Source: an uncultured Erysipelotrichaceae bacterium
GTDB lineage: Bacteria > Bacillota_I > Bacilli_A > RF39 > UBA660
Reading direction: 5' to 3'
Assembly (NCBI GenBank): GCA_902795215.1
Contig: CADBKG010000010.1
Location: 139 to 64,138, forward strand
DNA length: 64,000 bases
The translations under genes were made by a program, and so were the position numbers. Numbering within the stretch: the first letter of the stretch is position 1; the number at the start of each line of letters is the position of its first letter. Shown in pieces: positions 10,608-19,764 of the stretch. Under the pieces are notes generated by a model, which was given only the letters and a program-made list of their open reading frames with translations, was not told the DNA's origin and searched no databases.

Positions 10608-10636
10608 AGAATAACTCATTTGATTTAGTATTTCAA
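10608..10636 (-). promoter_or_regulatory. sigma-A promoter of the peptide mRNA
   Basis: TTGAAA-17 nt-TATTCT; predicted start near 10601. Confidence 0.55.
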
Positions 10637-10655
10637 ATAACTGAAAAAGAAGCTA

Positions 10656-13013
10656 TTATTTTAGCTTCTTGAATGACCAATTAGTTACTTCCTCTATATC
10701 TATTCCTTTTTGAGTTATTGTTTTTTCATGTTTTTTAAGCATGTCTTCACAATATGTTTTTAGTTCTTTTGCGGCTTTTGTTTTAGAGTTTAGATATTTT
10801 AATACATCTAAAACTAAATGATATCGATCAACGTGGTTTTTAACTCTCATATCAAATGCAGTTGTAATTGTACCTTCTTCGATATATCCATGAACGTGCA
10901 TGTTTTGGTTTGTTCTTTTATATGTTAATTCATGAATAAGTGATGGATAACCATGGAATGCAAATATAATAGGTTTATCTTCTGTAAATAAAGCATCATA
11001 TTCCTTATCTGTTAATCCATGTGGATGGTTATCATGTGATACTAGTTTCATTAAATCAACTACATTTATATATTTAACTTTTAAGTTAGGCATAAATTTA
11101 TGTAATATTGTAACTGCTGCAATTGCTTCAAGTGTTGGAGTATCACCACTAGATGCAAGTACTACATCTGGTTTACCACTTGAGTATGTTCTAACCCATT
11201 TCCATTCACTTATACCAGCGGCTGCATGTTCTTTAGCTTCTTCCATAGATAACCACTGAATAGATGGGTGTTTAGACGCTACGATTACATTAACATAGTT
11301 TTTACTTTGAATACAGTGATCAAATACTGAAAGTAGTGTATTTGCATCCGCAGGTAAGTATACTCTTGCAATGGATGCTTTCTTAGTAATTAAATGATTT
11401 ATAAATCCAGGGTCCTGATGAGTAAAGCCATTATGGTCCTGTTGCCAGCAGTGACTTGTAAGTATTAAATTTAAGCTTGCAATATCTTCCCTCCAAGGAA
11501 GTTCTGCGCACATTTTAAGCCATTTTGCATGTTGACTTATCATTGAATCAACTATTCTAATAAATGCTTCGTAACAATCAAAGAAACCATGTCTTCCTGT
11601 TAGTATATATCCTTCTAGAAGTCCTTCACAAACATGCTCTGAAAGATAAGAATCAATTATTCTACCATTTTTATTTAACGCTTCATCATTATCATATTTT
11701 ATGGCATTCCACTTTCTATTAGTCACTTCAAACATATAGTTTAATCTATTAGAAAGGGTTTCATCTGGTGCAAAGCTTAAGAAATTATCTGGATTTGCTT
11801 TTATAACATCTTTAACAAATTTTCCAAGCACACGCATATCTTCTGCTAATACATCACCATGATCAACATTAATGCCATACTTTGTATAATCTGGTACATC
11901 TAATTCTTTTAGAAGTTTTCCACCATTCGAACGTACATTATTAAATAATCTTCTTTCTTTAGGTGGCAAAATACTAGCAAATGTACTTTTTAATTTTCCT
12001 TCTTCATCAAATAATTCTTCTGGATGATATGATTTTAACCAGTTTTCTAGTTTATCTAAGTTTTCACCAGTTTTATAATCCACCGCTAGTGGGATTTGAT
12101 GTGATCTAAATGATCCTTCTATCTTTTTACCATCAAGTGTTTTTGGTCCAGTCCATCCTTTTGGAGAAGTAAATACTATCATAGGATATTTAGGTCTATC
12201 TTGATTCCTAGAAGAACGTCTTTTTATAAATTTGATATCTTCTATTACTTCATCCATAACATTAGCCATTTTTTCATGAGCTTTTATAGTATTATTAACA
12301 TCTACAAAATATGGTTTATATCCATAACCTGTAAGCAAAGCTTTTAATTCTTTTCTTGGTATTCTAGAAAGAATTGTAGGATTAGCTATTTTATAACCAT
12401 TTAAATGAAGTATTGGTAAAACAATACCATCCGTTTTAGGATTAATAAGTTTATTTAAATGCCAAGATGTTGCAAGCGGACCTGTTTCAGCTTCACCATC
12501 ACCAACTATGCAAGCGACAATTAAATCTTTATTATCAAGCGCTGCACCATATGCATGAGCAAGACTATAACCAAGTTCCCCACCTTCATTTATAGAACCT
12601 GGCACTTCTGGAGACACATGGCTACTAGTCCCTCCAGGGAAACTAAATCTTTTAAACAATTTTTGCATCCCTTTTTCGTCTTGAGTAACATCTTTATAAA
12701 CATCAGTATATACACCCTCTAAGTATGCATTTGCAGTCGCAGCGTTTCCACCATGCCCTGGGCCTATTACAACCATCATATCTAAATCATTTTTCTTAAT
12801 AACACGATTAAGGTGAGTCATAATAAAGTTTTGACCTGGAACTGTACCAAAATGACCAACTAGTTTTGGCTTAATATCTTCCTTTGTTAAAGGTCTTTTT
12901 AAAAGTGGGTTATCCATTAGATATAATTGACCCACTCCTAAATAGTTTAATGCTCTAAAGTAACCATTTAATTTATATATTTCTGCATCACTTAAGTTCT
13001 TCTTGCTAAACAT
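10656..13013 (-). CDS. xfp: phosphoketolase (XFP/XPK)
   Basis: GHFGTVPGQNF, GPGHGG, EGGELGY, GDGEAETGPLA, QDHNGFTHQDPG. Confidence 0.96.
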   Translation of the reverse strand: MFSKKNLSDAEIYKLNGYFRALNYLGVGQLYLMDNPLLKRPLTKEDIKPKLVGHFGTVPGQNFIMTHLNRVIKKNDLDMMVVIGPGHGGNAATANAYLEGVYTDVYKDVTQDEKGMQKLFKRFSFPGGTSSHVSPEVPGSINEGGELGYSLAHAYGAALDNKDLIVACIVGDGEAETGPLATSWHLNKLINPKTDGIVLPILHLNGYKIANPTILSRIPRKELKALLTGYGYKPYFVDVNNTIKAHEKMANVMDEVIEDIKFIKRRSSRNQDRPKYPMIVFTSPKGWTGPKTLDGKKIEGSFRSHQIPLAVDYKTGENLDKLENWLKSYHPEELFDEEGKLKSTFASILPPKERRLFNNVRSNGGKLLKELDVPDYTKYGINVDHGDVLAEDMRVLGKFVKDVIKANPDNFLSFAPDETLSNRLNYMFEVTNRKWNAIKYDNDEALNKNGRIIDSYLSEHVCEGLLEGYILTGRHGFFDCYEAFIRIVDSMISQHAKWLKMCAELPWREDIASLNLILTSHCWQQDHNGFTHQDPGFINHLITKKASIARVYLPADANTLLSVFDHCIQSKNYVNVIVASKHPSIQWLSMEEAKEHAAAGISEWKWVRTYSSGKPDVVLASSGDTPTLEAIAAVTILHKFMPNLKVKYINVVDLMKLVSHDNHPHGLTDKEYDALFTEDKPIIFAFHGYPSLIHELTYKRTNQNMHVHGYIEEGTITTAFDMRVKNHVDRYHLVLDVLKYLNSKTKAAKELKTYCEDMLKKHEKTITQKGIDIEEVTNWSFKKLK

Positions 13014-13042
13014 ATTATCCCTTCTTTTCTTTTTTATAATTA

Positions 13043-13630
13043 TTAATTTGTAGCAACGTTCTCTATTTTAATTTGTCCTTGCCAAGAACTACCTTCAACA
13101 TTTTCATATGTAACAGCTTCATCTATCCATAGTCTTAAATCAGTTGTTAAAGTAGCATTTTGTGCAAGTGTACCTGTAAGTAATATATATGAATTAGTAT
13201 AACCATTCTCAACGTAAGATGTGTTTGTATTTTTAGTATATGAAGATAATAATTTAGATGTAGTTCCATCTAAAGATGCTCTTACATAACTATCATTAAA
13301 TGAATTGTCTTTTACATTTAATAAAACAGTATATTTAACTTTAATAGTACATGTGTTTTTTAAAGTAAAATGATATGGAGTAGTAGCAAGGCCTTGTGCA
13401 TTAGTCATTGCATATGCATTTGTTAAATTAATTGAATTTCCTTCAGTGAATGTTGTACTAAAACATCCAGATGTCATTTTATTTGTATCACTTTGTGTAT
13501 CAGTAGTAATAAATGCACCATACGTAATTGCCCCTAAAGCAATAAACGTAACTAAGATAAAAATTCCAACTCTTATTGCTAAACCAATGTTATTATTTTG
13601 CTTTTTATTCTTCTTGATATCTTTTTTCAT
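13043..13630 (-). CDS. secreted TasA/camelysin-like protein with SipW-type signal peptide
   Basis: Basic N-terminus, TM, TYGAF...N...SG, later F.LKNT and LRLWID; start ATG 13630 after GGAGG. Confidence 0.55.
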   Translation of the reverse strand: MKKDIKKNKKQNNNIGLAIRVGIFILVTFIALGAITYGAFITTDTQSDTNKMTSGCFSTTFTEGNSINLTNAYAMTNAQGLATTPYHFTLKNTCTIKVKYTVLLNVKDNSFNDSYVRASLDGTTSKLLSSYTKNTNTSYVENGYTNSYILLTGTLAQNATLTTDLRLWIDEAVTYENVEGSSWQGQIKIENVATN

Positions 13631-13746
13631 AATAACCTCCATATTATAAGACAATCTTACCATAAAAATTAAATAATGTCTATATTTTAGACTATCTTGT
13701 TTGACTATAAAAATTTCATGTGATACTATTATTATAGGTGTAATAT

Positions 13747-14334
13747 ATGAAAGATAAAAATACTAGTGTAATGATAATTTTGCTTATACTTGCTATGCTT
13801 GGTATATTTTATGTATATCAAACTTCATATGCAAAATATAAAAAGAGTATCGATGGTAATATGCGTATGAATATGGCTAGATGGCAAATACTTGTAAATG
13901 ATGAAGATATTAAAAACAAGAAAACTTTAACAAATGATTTAACTCCTGTTTTTAATGGTAATGAATATATAGAATCAAGTGTTATTGCTCCTGGCGCAAG
14001 TGGATATTTTGATATAGAAATAGATCCTAATAATACTGATGTTGCATTTAATTATGAAATAAGCATAACTGAAAATAGTGCTTACCCAGATATAAAATTA
14101 GATGGATATGAAATTAACCCTGGCAGTACTCCTAACAAAAGTCCTCTTGTTAATAATAAAGTTAGTGGAAATGTAGCCAAAGATGGTAGTGCCTTTACTA
14201 TAAGAGTATATGTTTTATGGTATGATGAAAACGACAATTCAATGGACAATAGTACAGATACAAATCTTGCTGTTGATAACACAGCATTAACATATCAAAT
14301 AAATCTTAAATTCACTCAAACAAAAAGTGCTTAA
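13747..14334 (+). CDS. secreted protein with SipW-type (TSYAKY) signal, TasA-like
   Basis: TM then TSYAKY...MARW, IAPG.SG.F.I; divergent from the 13630 gene. Confidence 0.55.
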   Translation: MKDKNTSVMIILLILAMLGIFYVYQTSYAKYKKSIDGNMRMNMARWQILVNDEDIKNKKTLTNDLTPVFNGNEYIESSVIAPGASGYFDIEIDPNNTDVAFNYEISITENSAYPDIKLDGYEINPGSTPNKSPLVNNKVSGNVAKDGSAFTIRVYVLWYDENDNSMDNSTDTNLAVDNTALTYQINLKFTQTKSA

Positions 14335-15422
14335 GCACTTTTTATTATTTGTTTTACTTCTTGCAAATCAATATCTAGCATTTCTGATATTTGTTCAACT
14401 GATATTTTTTTATTAAAAAGTTGATTTATTATATCATTTATAGTTTCTTTTTTTCCTTGCTCAATACCTTGCTCAATACCTTGCTCAATACCTTGCTCAA
14501 TACCTTGCTCAATACCTTGCTTGATTCCTTGCTTTATTCCTTGCTTAATACCTTGTGCAAGCCCTGTTTCAGTCGCTTCCTTCATAGCAATTTTACGATC
14601 CATCATTGCATAGAATTCTCTATCCATTTCATCTAATATTCTCGTCTGTTCTGCTTTTGTTATATCTGATTCTAATTGTACATTTTCATCATCATCGCAT
14701 AGATTTTTTGCTCCTTCTACAAAATCATTTAATGCTTTATCATCCATAACTGTCGCTCCTATCTCTTCTAATTCTTCAAATGAATTTGACATTAACATCT
14801 TGCACCACTTGGCAATCTGTTTTTCTCTTTCATCAACATAAGTATAGCATTCATCATATACCTTTACCATATCTATTACATCTATTTGCAAAGTTTTAGA
14901 AAATATTATCTTTGGATTACTTTTTTCACTTAGATTAAAATGATTTATTAAGTGTGGTAATTCTTCTTTTTTGGTATTATTATCTTCTTTAAAATAATAA
15001 TCCAAAACTATATTTTCATTTTCGTCTACATAATAATAGGACTTCTTTGTATTAAAGTTTATTTGTAATACCGATCCAATATTATTTAGTTTTCTATCTC
15101 CCATCTTATACTCATTTGAAAGAACTGTCGCCCCATATATTAGATTTCTTTTTCTTAAACTTGGTCCAAAATTATTAGCGTTCATTTCAATATTTATTTT
15201 ATCTCCATTTTTAAGCTTAACAAGAAAATCTAATTGTTTATTGGCTTCATGTTTCTTCTTTTTTTCTGTATCTCTAGATAAAATTTCAACATTTCCTCTT
15301 ATTTCTTCTAGTGGCACATCTAAATAAGCAGATAAGAAATGTTCGATAGCGCCAATACGTTTCTCACTATTAAGAAGTTTTGTAAACATAAAATCTCTAG
15401 TTAGTGGAATAAAATCCGGCAT
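14331..15422 (-). CDS. Rpn family recombination-promoting nuclease / PD-(D/E)XK putative transposase
   Basis: D.MF.KLL, LDFLV...INIEM, R...Y, C-terminal GIEQ repeats and HTH-like tail. Confidence 0.85.
   Translation of the reverse strand: MPDFIPLTRDFMFTKLLNSEKRIGAIEHFLSAYLDVPLEEIRGNVEILSRDTEKKKKHEANKQLDFLVKLKNGDKINIEMNANNFGPSLRKRNLIYGATVLSNEYKMGDRKLNNIGSVLQINFNTKKSYYYVDENENIVLDYYFKEDNNTKKEELPHLINHFNLSEKSNPKIIFSKTLQIDVIDMVKVYDECYTYVDEREKQIAKWCKMLMSNSFEELEEIGATVMDDKALNDFVEGAKNLCDDDENVQLESDITKAEQTRILDEMDREFYAMMDRKIAMKEATETGLAQGIKQGIKQGIKQGIEQGIEQGIEQGIEQGIEQGKKETINDIINQLFNKKISVEQISEMLDIDLQEVKQIIKSA
14455..14562. repeat. 12-bp coding tandem repeat (GIEQ/GIKQ)
   Basis: CCTTGCTCAATA x5 perfect plus about 4 degenerate units. 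Confidence 0.95.
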
Positions 15423-15444
15423 ATTTCACCTCCTTTCTAAACTG

Positions 15445-15510
15445 AAAGTAACACATTAAAAAACTGCTGTCAAATCGCAAAAATAGCGTTTCTGTAAGCA
15501 GTTTTTTAAT
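15445..15510 (-). promoter_or_regulatory. rpn promoter overlapped by a perfect 14-bp inverted repeat
   Basis: TTGACA-17-TACTTT; ATTAAAAAACTGCT (15455-15468) / AGCAGTTTTTTAAT (15497-15510). Confidence 0.6.
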
Positions 15511-15625
15511 AGTTGTTAAAAATTCAAGCAATATATTTTTTTTAGTTAAAATTTTTAACTAAAATTTAATTTTGGAGTGCAAAAAATAAAGTTTTAGTAA
15601 AAAATAAAAAAGAAGCAAAAAGCTT

Positions 15626-16024
15626 CTATAATCCTAAGAAAACTAAAATTTTTGGCACAAATATAATACCAGCAACTATAGCTCCTAATATTGATAATAC
15701 AAATGTAGCAGCTGAGCCACAATCTTTTGCAATTTTAGCAAGTGGGTTGGTTTCAATTGTTACCATATCAACAGCAGCTTCTATCGCTGTGTTAATTAAC
15801 TCTGCTGCAAGTATAACAATTAATACTATTGCAACTTGGGCCCATTCAATTAGACTTATTTTAAAGAAAATACCAAAAAGTACTCCAAGTATTGTTAAGA
15901 ATGCATGTATTCCCAAACTTTTTTCGTTTTTATAAGAATACAACAATCCATCAATTGAGTACTTAAAACTCATTATGAATCTTTTTATTCCCTTGTATTT
16001 ACTTTTATTTCTCTGTGTTTGCAT
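15626..16024 (-). CDS. dgkA: diacylglycerol/undecaprenol kinase
   Basis: SFKYSIDG, ELINTAIEAAVD, AKIAKD.GSAA; follows ybeY. Confidence 0.93.
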   Translation of the reverse strand: MQTQRNKSKYKGIKRFIMSFKYSIDGLLYSYKNEKSLGIHAFLTILGVLFGIFFKISLIEWAQVAIVLIVILAAELINTAIEAAVDMVTIETNPLAKIAKDCGSAATFVLSILGAIVAGIIFVPKILVFLGL

Positions 16025-16442
16025 CTTTTAATATTTCCTCCTGTAATCCAAACATTATTTTTTCATCTTCTTTTTCCATGTGATCATATCCTAGTAAATG
16101 TAATAATCCATGAATACACAAAAATGATAATTCTCTTTTCTCACTATGTCCATATTCTAAAGCTTGCGCTTTCATTTTAGGAATTGAAACAAAAATATCC
16201 CCAAGCACATTTATTTCTTCCTGAAAATCATTTTTAGCATCGTTAAGCGCAAAGGATAATACATCTGTGGTTCTATCAATTCCTCTATATTTTAGATTCA
16301 TTTCATGCATTAAATCATCATCTATAAATATAACTGAAAAAATTCCTTTAACATTTAGTTTTTTTATTGCAATATCAAATAAATTATCTAAATAAGAATA
16401 ATCAGCATACCCATATTCATCTGTTATTGTATATAGTTTCAT
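16005..16442 (-). CDS. ybeY: rRNA maturation RNase YbeY
   Basis: TDVLSF, LGDIF.S, HGLLHLLGYDH. Confidence 0.96.
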   Translation of the reverse strand: MKLYTITDEYGYADYSYLDNLFDIAIKKLNVKGIFSVIFIDDDLMHEMNLKYRGIDRTTDVLSFALNDAKNDFQEEINVLGDIFVSIPKMKAQALEYGHSEKRELSFLCIHGLLHLLGYDHMEKEDEKIMFGLQEEILKDANTEK

Positions 16443-17056
16443 GAAAAAATTACACCCCAATACTGGTATAAATATATACCAAAAATAATTATTAATATAA
16501 TCGTCACTATATTATAACACATTTCACTTCTAAGTACACTAGGCAAATGATCCCTTATAGAACCTAGAAATTTGTATAATAAATAACCAAACACTCCACC
16601 TATTACATTTAGAATTATATCATCAATATCAAAACTTCTGCCTATAAACATTTGTACACATTCAATAGTTAAAGAAGTTATAAACGTTATTAAAAGTGGT
16701 TTATTAATCTTCTTTGGTTTCACATACAAACTTACTGCAAAACCATATGGTAAGAATATTAATATATTTCCAACAACATTCCATATAAAATAGCCACTAG
16801 TAATATCGTATCTAAGTATTTCTCTAAATGGAATAAAATTATTACTATAACTTTGAACGTCATTATTAGTTACTAGTTCAAAAAGAAGTAATATATATAC
16901 AATAAATACTAGAGAAAAAAACTCTTTATAAAAAATAAATTTTTCTTTTCTTTCTATAATACATGATATTCTAATTGCTATTAAAGATACGATGAATATT
17001 AAAAGTATGGGCCATATATTATTAACTAATGTATAAAATTCACTCGGTAGTCTCAT
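16439..17056 (-). CDS. VanZ family membrane protein
   Basis: NFIPF, GNILIFLPYG, IE..Q...GRSFDIDDIILN..GG. Confidence 0.88.
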   Translation of the reverse strand: MRLPSEFYTLVNNIWPILLIFIVSLIAIRISCIIERKEKFIFYKEFFSLVFIVYILLLFELVTNNDVQSYSNNFIPFREILRYDITSGYFIWNVVGNILIFLPYGFAVSLYVKPKKINKPLLITFITSLTIECVQMFIGRSFDIDDIILNVIGGVFGYLLYKFLGSIRDHLPSVLRSEMCYNIVTIILIIIFGIYLYQYWGVIFS

Positions 17057-18170
17057 GCTTTTCATCACCTTCTAATGGAATTTCTCTAATTACTTTTTTA
17101 CCTATTGGTTCATTTGTTTCATAGAAAAATTCTATATACATTATACTATTAAACTTTTTAGTTTGCAAAACTTTTTCACTAGTTATTTTTCCATCTTTGC
17201 CTAGTTTAATTTTCATCTTATTTCTAGCTAGTTTTTTAGCCTTGTTTAATCCCCCTTTAATACTGTATTTTTTTATATTTGGATTATATTCATATACTTT
17301 TTCTAAATATATTTTTGTATTAAATATTTTAAACAAATATTTCTTTTTTACATCAAAACTCTTAAAATGATTGTTAAGTATTTCTTTATAATTGTTTCCA
17401 TTCTCATAAGCTATATTAATTTGCTTCTTGCCAGTATACACTTTCTTTTCATAATTTAATGGTAAATTAACATTAACTTTATACCATGTATTTCCGTATA
17501 CTATTCCATCCGCGCATGTATATTTTTTAGTTTCTTCTTTAAAATCGATTTTACCATTTATTAATATACTTCCCTTAGAAACAAAATCACCTCTATTTAT
17601 TGTCATCTCTCCATTATAAATATTAGAATCACCAACAATAGCGTCCTTTAAACTTATTACATCACAATATTCTTCATCTTTTCTAGGGTTAACAATCTTT
17701 CTTTCCTCTATTTTTACATAATACTTCATACCACTTCTTATTATTTCTATCCACTCTATATCATTTTTATGTTCTTCTTTTATTTTAGTTTTAATCTTAT
17801 CTATTTCATCATAACTTTTTTTGAATCCAACAGGTTTTAAGCCATTTATTGTTAATTCCTCATTAATTATTTCTCTAATGTTTTTATCATCATGTAACAC
17901 ATCAACTTCAAATATTAAGTTACTTAAAAAAACCATTATAATTACACATATAAAACAAGATATTATAAAATGCTTTTCTTTTTTTATTCCATCTAATATT
18001 AAAGCAAAACCTATTCTTTTATAACTTACAATATATATACTAGGAACTTTATCTAAATCTTTATACTTAATTATAAATTTATTCCCTTTAATTTTATATA
18101 TTTCTATTTCTCTTCTAGATAATACATTAATTATAAAGTTATTACTTCTATTAAATATAATCTCAACCAT
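17040..18170 (-). CDS. yqfD: sporulation protein YqfD
   Basis: TM, I.W.EI.R.G, GD.V.KG.ILI.G, A.G.VYG.TWY; follows yqfC-like gene. Confidence 0.8.
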   Translation of the reverse strand: MVEIIFNRSNNFIINVLSRREIEIYKIKGNKFIIKYKDLDKVPSIYIVSYKRIGFALILDGIKKEKHFIISCFICVIIMVFLSNLIFEVDVLHDDKNIREIINEELTINGLKPVGFKKSYDEIDKIKTKIKEEHKNDIEWIEIIRSGMKYYVKIEERKIVNPRKDEEYCDVISLKDAIVGDSNIYNGEMTINRGDFVSKGSILINGKIDFKEETKKYTCADGIVYGNTWYKVNVNLPLNYEKKVYTGKKQINIAYENGNNYKEILNNHFKSFDVKKKYLFKIFNTKIYLEKVYEYNPNIKKYSIKGGLNKAKKLARNKMKIKLGKDGKITSEKVLQTKKFNSIMYIEFFYETNEPIGKKVIREIPLEGDEKHETTE

Positions 18171-18414
18171 TAATATCACCAAATTTTATATTTAAAACAT
18201 TCCCAACTATCAATAATTCAGTATTAGTCATTTTAGTTATTTTTAAGTTATATCCACTTATATAAATATTCTTTATATCACAAGAAACAATAACTTCTTT
18301 ATCACTAAAGCTTTCTAACTTACTATATTTATAAATATATACTTTATCATCATATATACTTATTATAGAAGTATTATCATTTATGTAATTTACTATATTA
18401 TCTTTTATATTCAT
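18163..18414 (-). CDS. yqfC: YabP/YqfC family sporulation protein
   Basis: Y..L..FS..EV, I.G.NLKI..M...ELLI.G.V..I; upstream of yqfD. Confidence 0.75.
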   Translation of the reverse strand: MNIKDNIVNYINDNTSIISIYDDKVYIYKYSKLESFSDKEVIVSCDIKNIYISGYNLKITKMTNTELLIVGNVLNIKFGDING

Positions 18415-18455
18415 AGTTATCACTAAATTATATGAAACACATTAAAAAAAGAGGA

Positions 18456-19637
18456 TTATTTTTTCCTCCTAATTAGCATATAACTGCATACTCCGATTAT
18501 CACTAAAAGCAAGGCACTTACTAAAACTACCCAAGCTTTAACCTTACTTCCAGTGATTGGCACCTTTATAGTCATAGAATCTATTTTTTCAGGAATTGTT
18601 TCTTTTTCTACTACTAAATTTATATTATATACAACATGTCCATCATCTGTTGTTACTGTCACTTTAGTACTTCCTTCTTTTAATCCAATTAACTCTTTAT
18701 TATCTATTTTTGCAATACTTTCATCTTCTATTGTATATTCTATTTCTTTATCTTCTGTATAATAATCTAAATACTCAACAAGATTCAATTTATCGCTTAG
18801 TTTAAGATTTGCTTCTTTATCAAAGTTTATAGTTGTAGTTGATTTTGTTTGACCTCCCATATTTATTGAATCAATGTCATATATATCATAATTTAATAAA
18901 GAAGAATCTAGGGAAGATAAAAATTGATTAAATTCATTTATTGTGGTATCTTCACTGCTAGTAATGTTTACATATTTTAAAGAATTGAATTTTGAATTAT
19001 AAACATTTGTTGTTATATTTCCAAACGTAGGATAATTTAAAATTTTTCCAATTTGGCTGTTATATATTTTTATTGTCCCTCCAAAAGGAGCTAGAACAAT
19101 ATTTTTAAAATTCATATTCTCTATTTTAAAGTTTCCCACTAAACCATATGCTATAAGATTATTTAATGAGGTTTCATCAATATCAAATATTTCTGACAAA
19201 TTAATCTCTTCTGATTTAATTTGATTGTTTGAATCAACAGCAAAATATTGAATTGCTATTATATTTGAATTATTGATATTTATTTTATCGGAATTATATA
19301 ATGTAATACTCTGAATATTATTACAATCATTTATTTCTACTTGTTTTGAGAAAAATACAAAGGAACTACCATTAAAATCATGATTATTTCCATTTATAGT
19401 TACTGAATTAGCCACATTATCAATGTTACCAATATATAAATACCTACTCATATCGCTATTAACATTAATTACAATATCTTTGTCTGATATATCTGTTAAA
19501 TTGTTAATTGCCGTATTTACATCATTCAGACTTGTATATTCACATCCACTTTCGCATACATTATATGTAAGTGTTTCAGCATTAACCATTATTGGTATTA
19601 AAAACAAACTTAGTATTAAATAAATATATTTTTTCAT
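18456..19637 (-). CDS. secreted, sortase-type cell-wall-anchored surface protein with Ig-like domain, paralog 2
   Basis: Near-identical N- and C-termini to 9050..10225; VPITG + TM + RRKK. Confidence 0.8.
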   Translation of the reverse strand: MKKYIYLILSLFLIPIMVNAETLTYNVCESGCEYTSLNDVNTAINNLTDISDKDIVINVNSDMSRYLYIGNIDNVANSVTINGNNHDFNGSSFVFFSKQVEINDCNNIQSITLYNSDKININNSNIIAIQYFAVDSNNQIKSEEINLSEIFDIDETSLNNLIAYGLVGNFKIENMNFKNIVLAPFGGTIKIYNSQIGKILNYPTFGNITTNVYNSKFNSLKYVNITSSEDTTINEFNQFLSSLDSSLLNYDIYDIDSINMGGQTKSTTTINFDKEANLKLSDKLNLVEYLDYYTEDKEIEYTIEDESIAKIDNKELIGLKEGSTKVTVTTDDGHVVYNINLVVEKETIPEKIDSMTIKVPITGSKVKAWVVLVSALLLVIIGVCSYMLIRRKK

Positions 19638-19764
19638 GTTACCCTCTATCCACTTCTCTACAATAACATTATAATTGCTGGTATATTATTTAGTCAAGCA
19701 TTTATAGGTGTTTTGTGCATTATTAACATGAAAAAAAAGCTTATTATTTAATAAGCTCTATCAA

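Noticed and set aside
14455..14562. Tandem repeat as a possible CRISPR array
   Set aside because: 12-bp contiguous units without spacers, in frame (GIEQ); no cas genes in the window
18427..18434. SigE-type -10 (CATATAAT) before yqfC
   Set aside because: No correctly spaced -35 found, and it is equally readable as a sigma-A TATAAT
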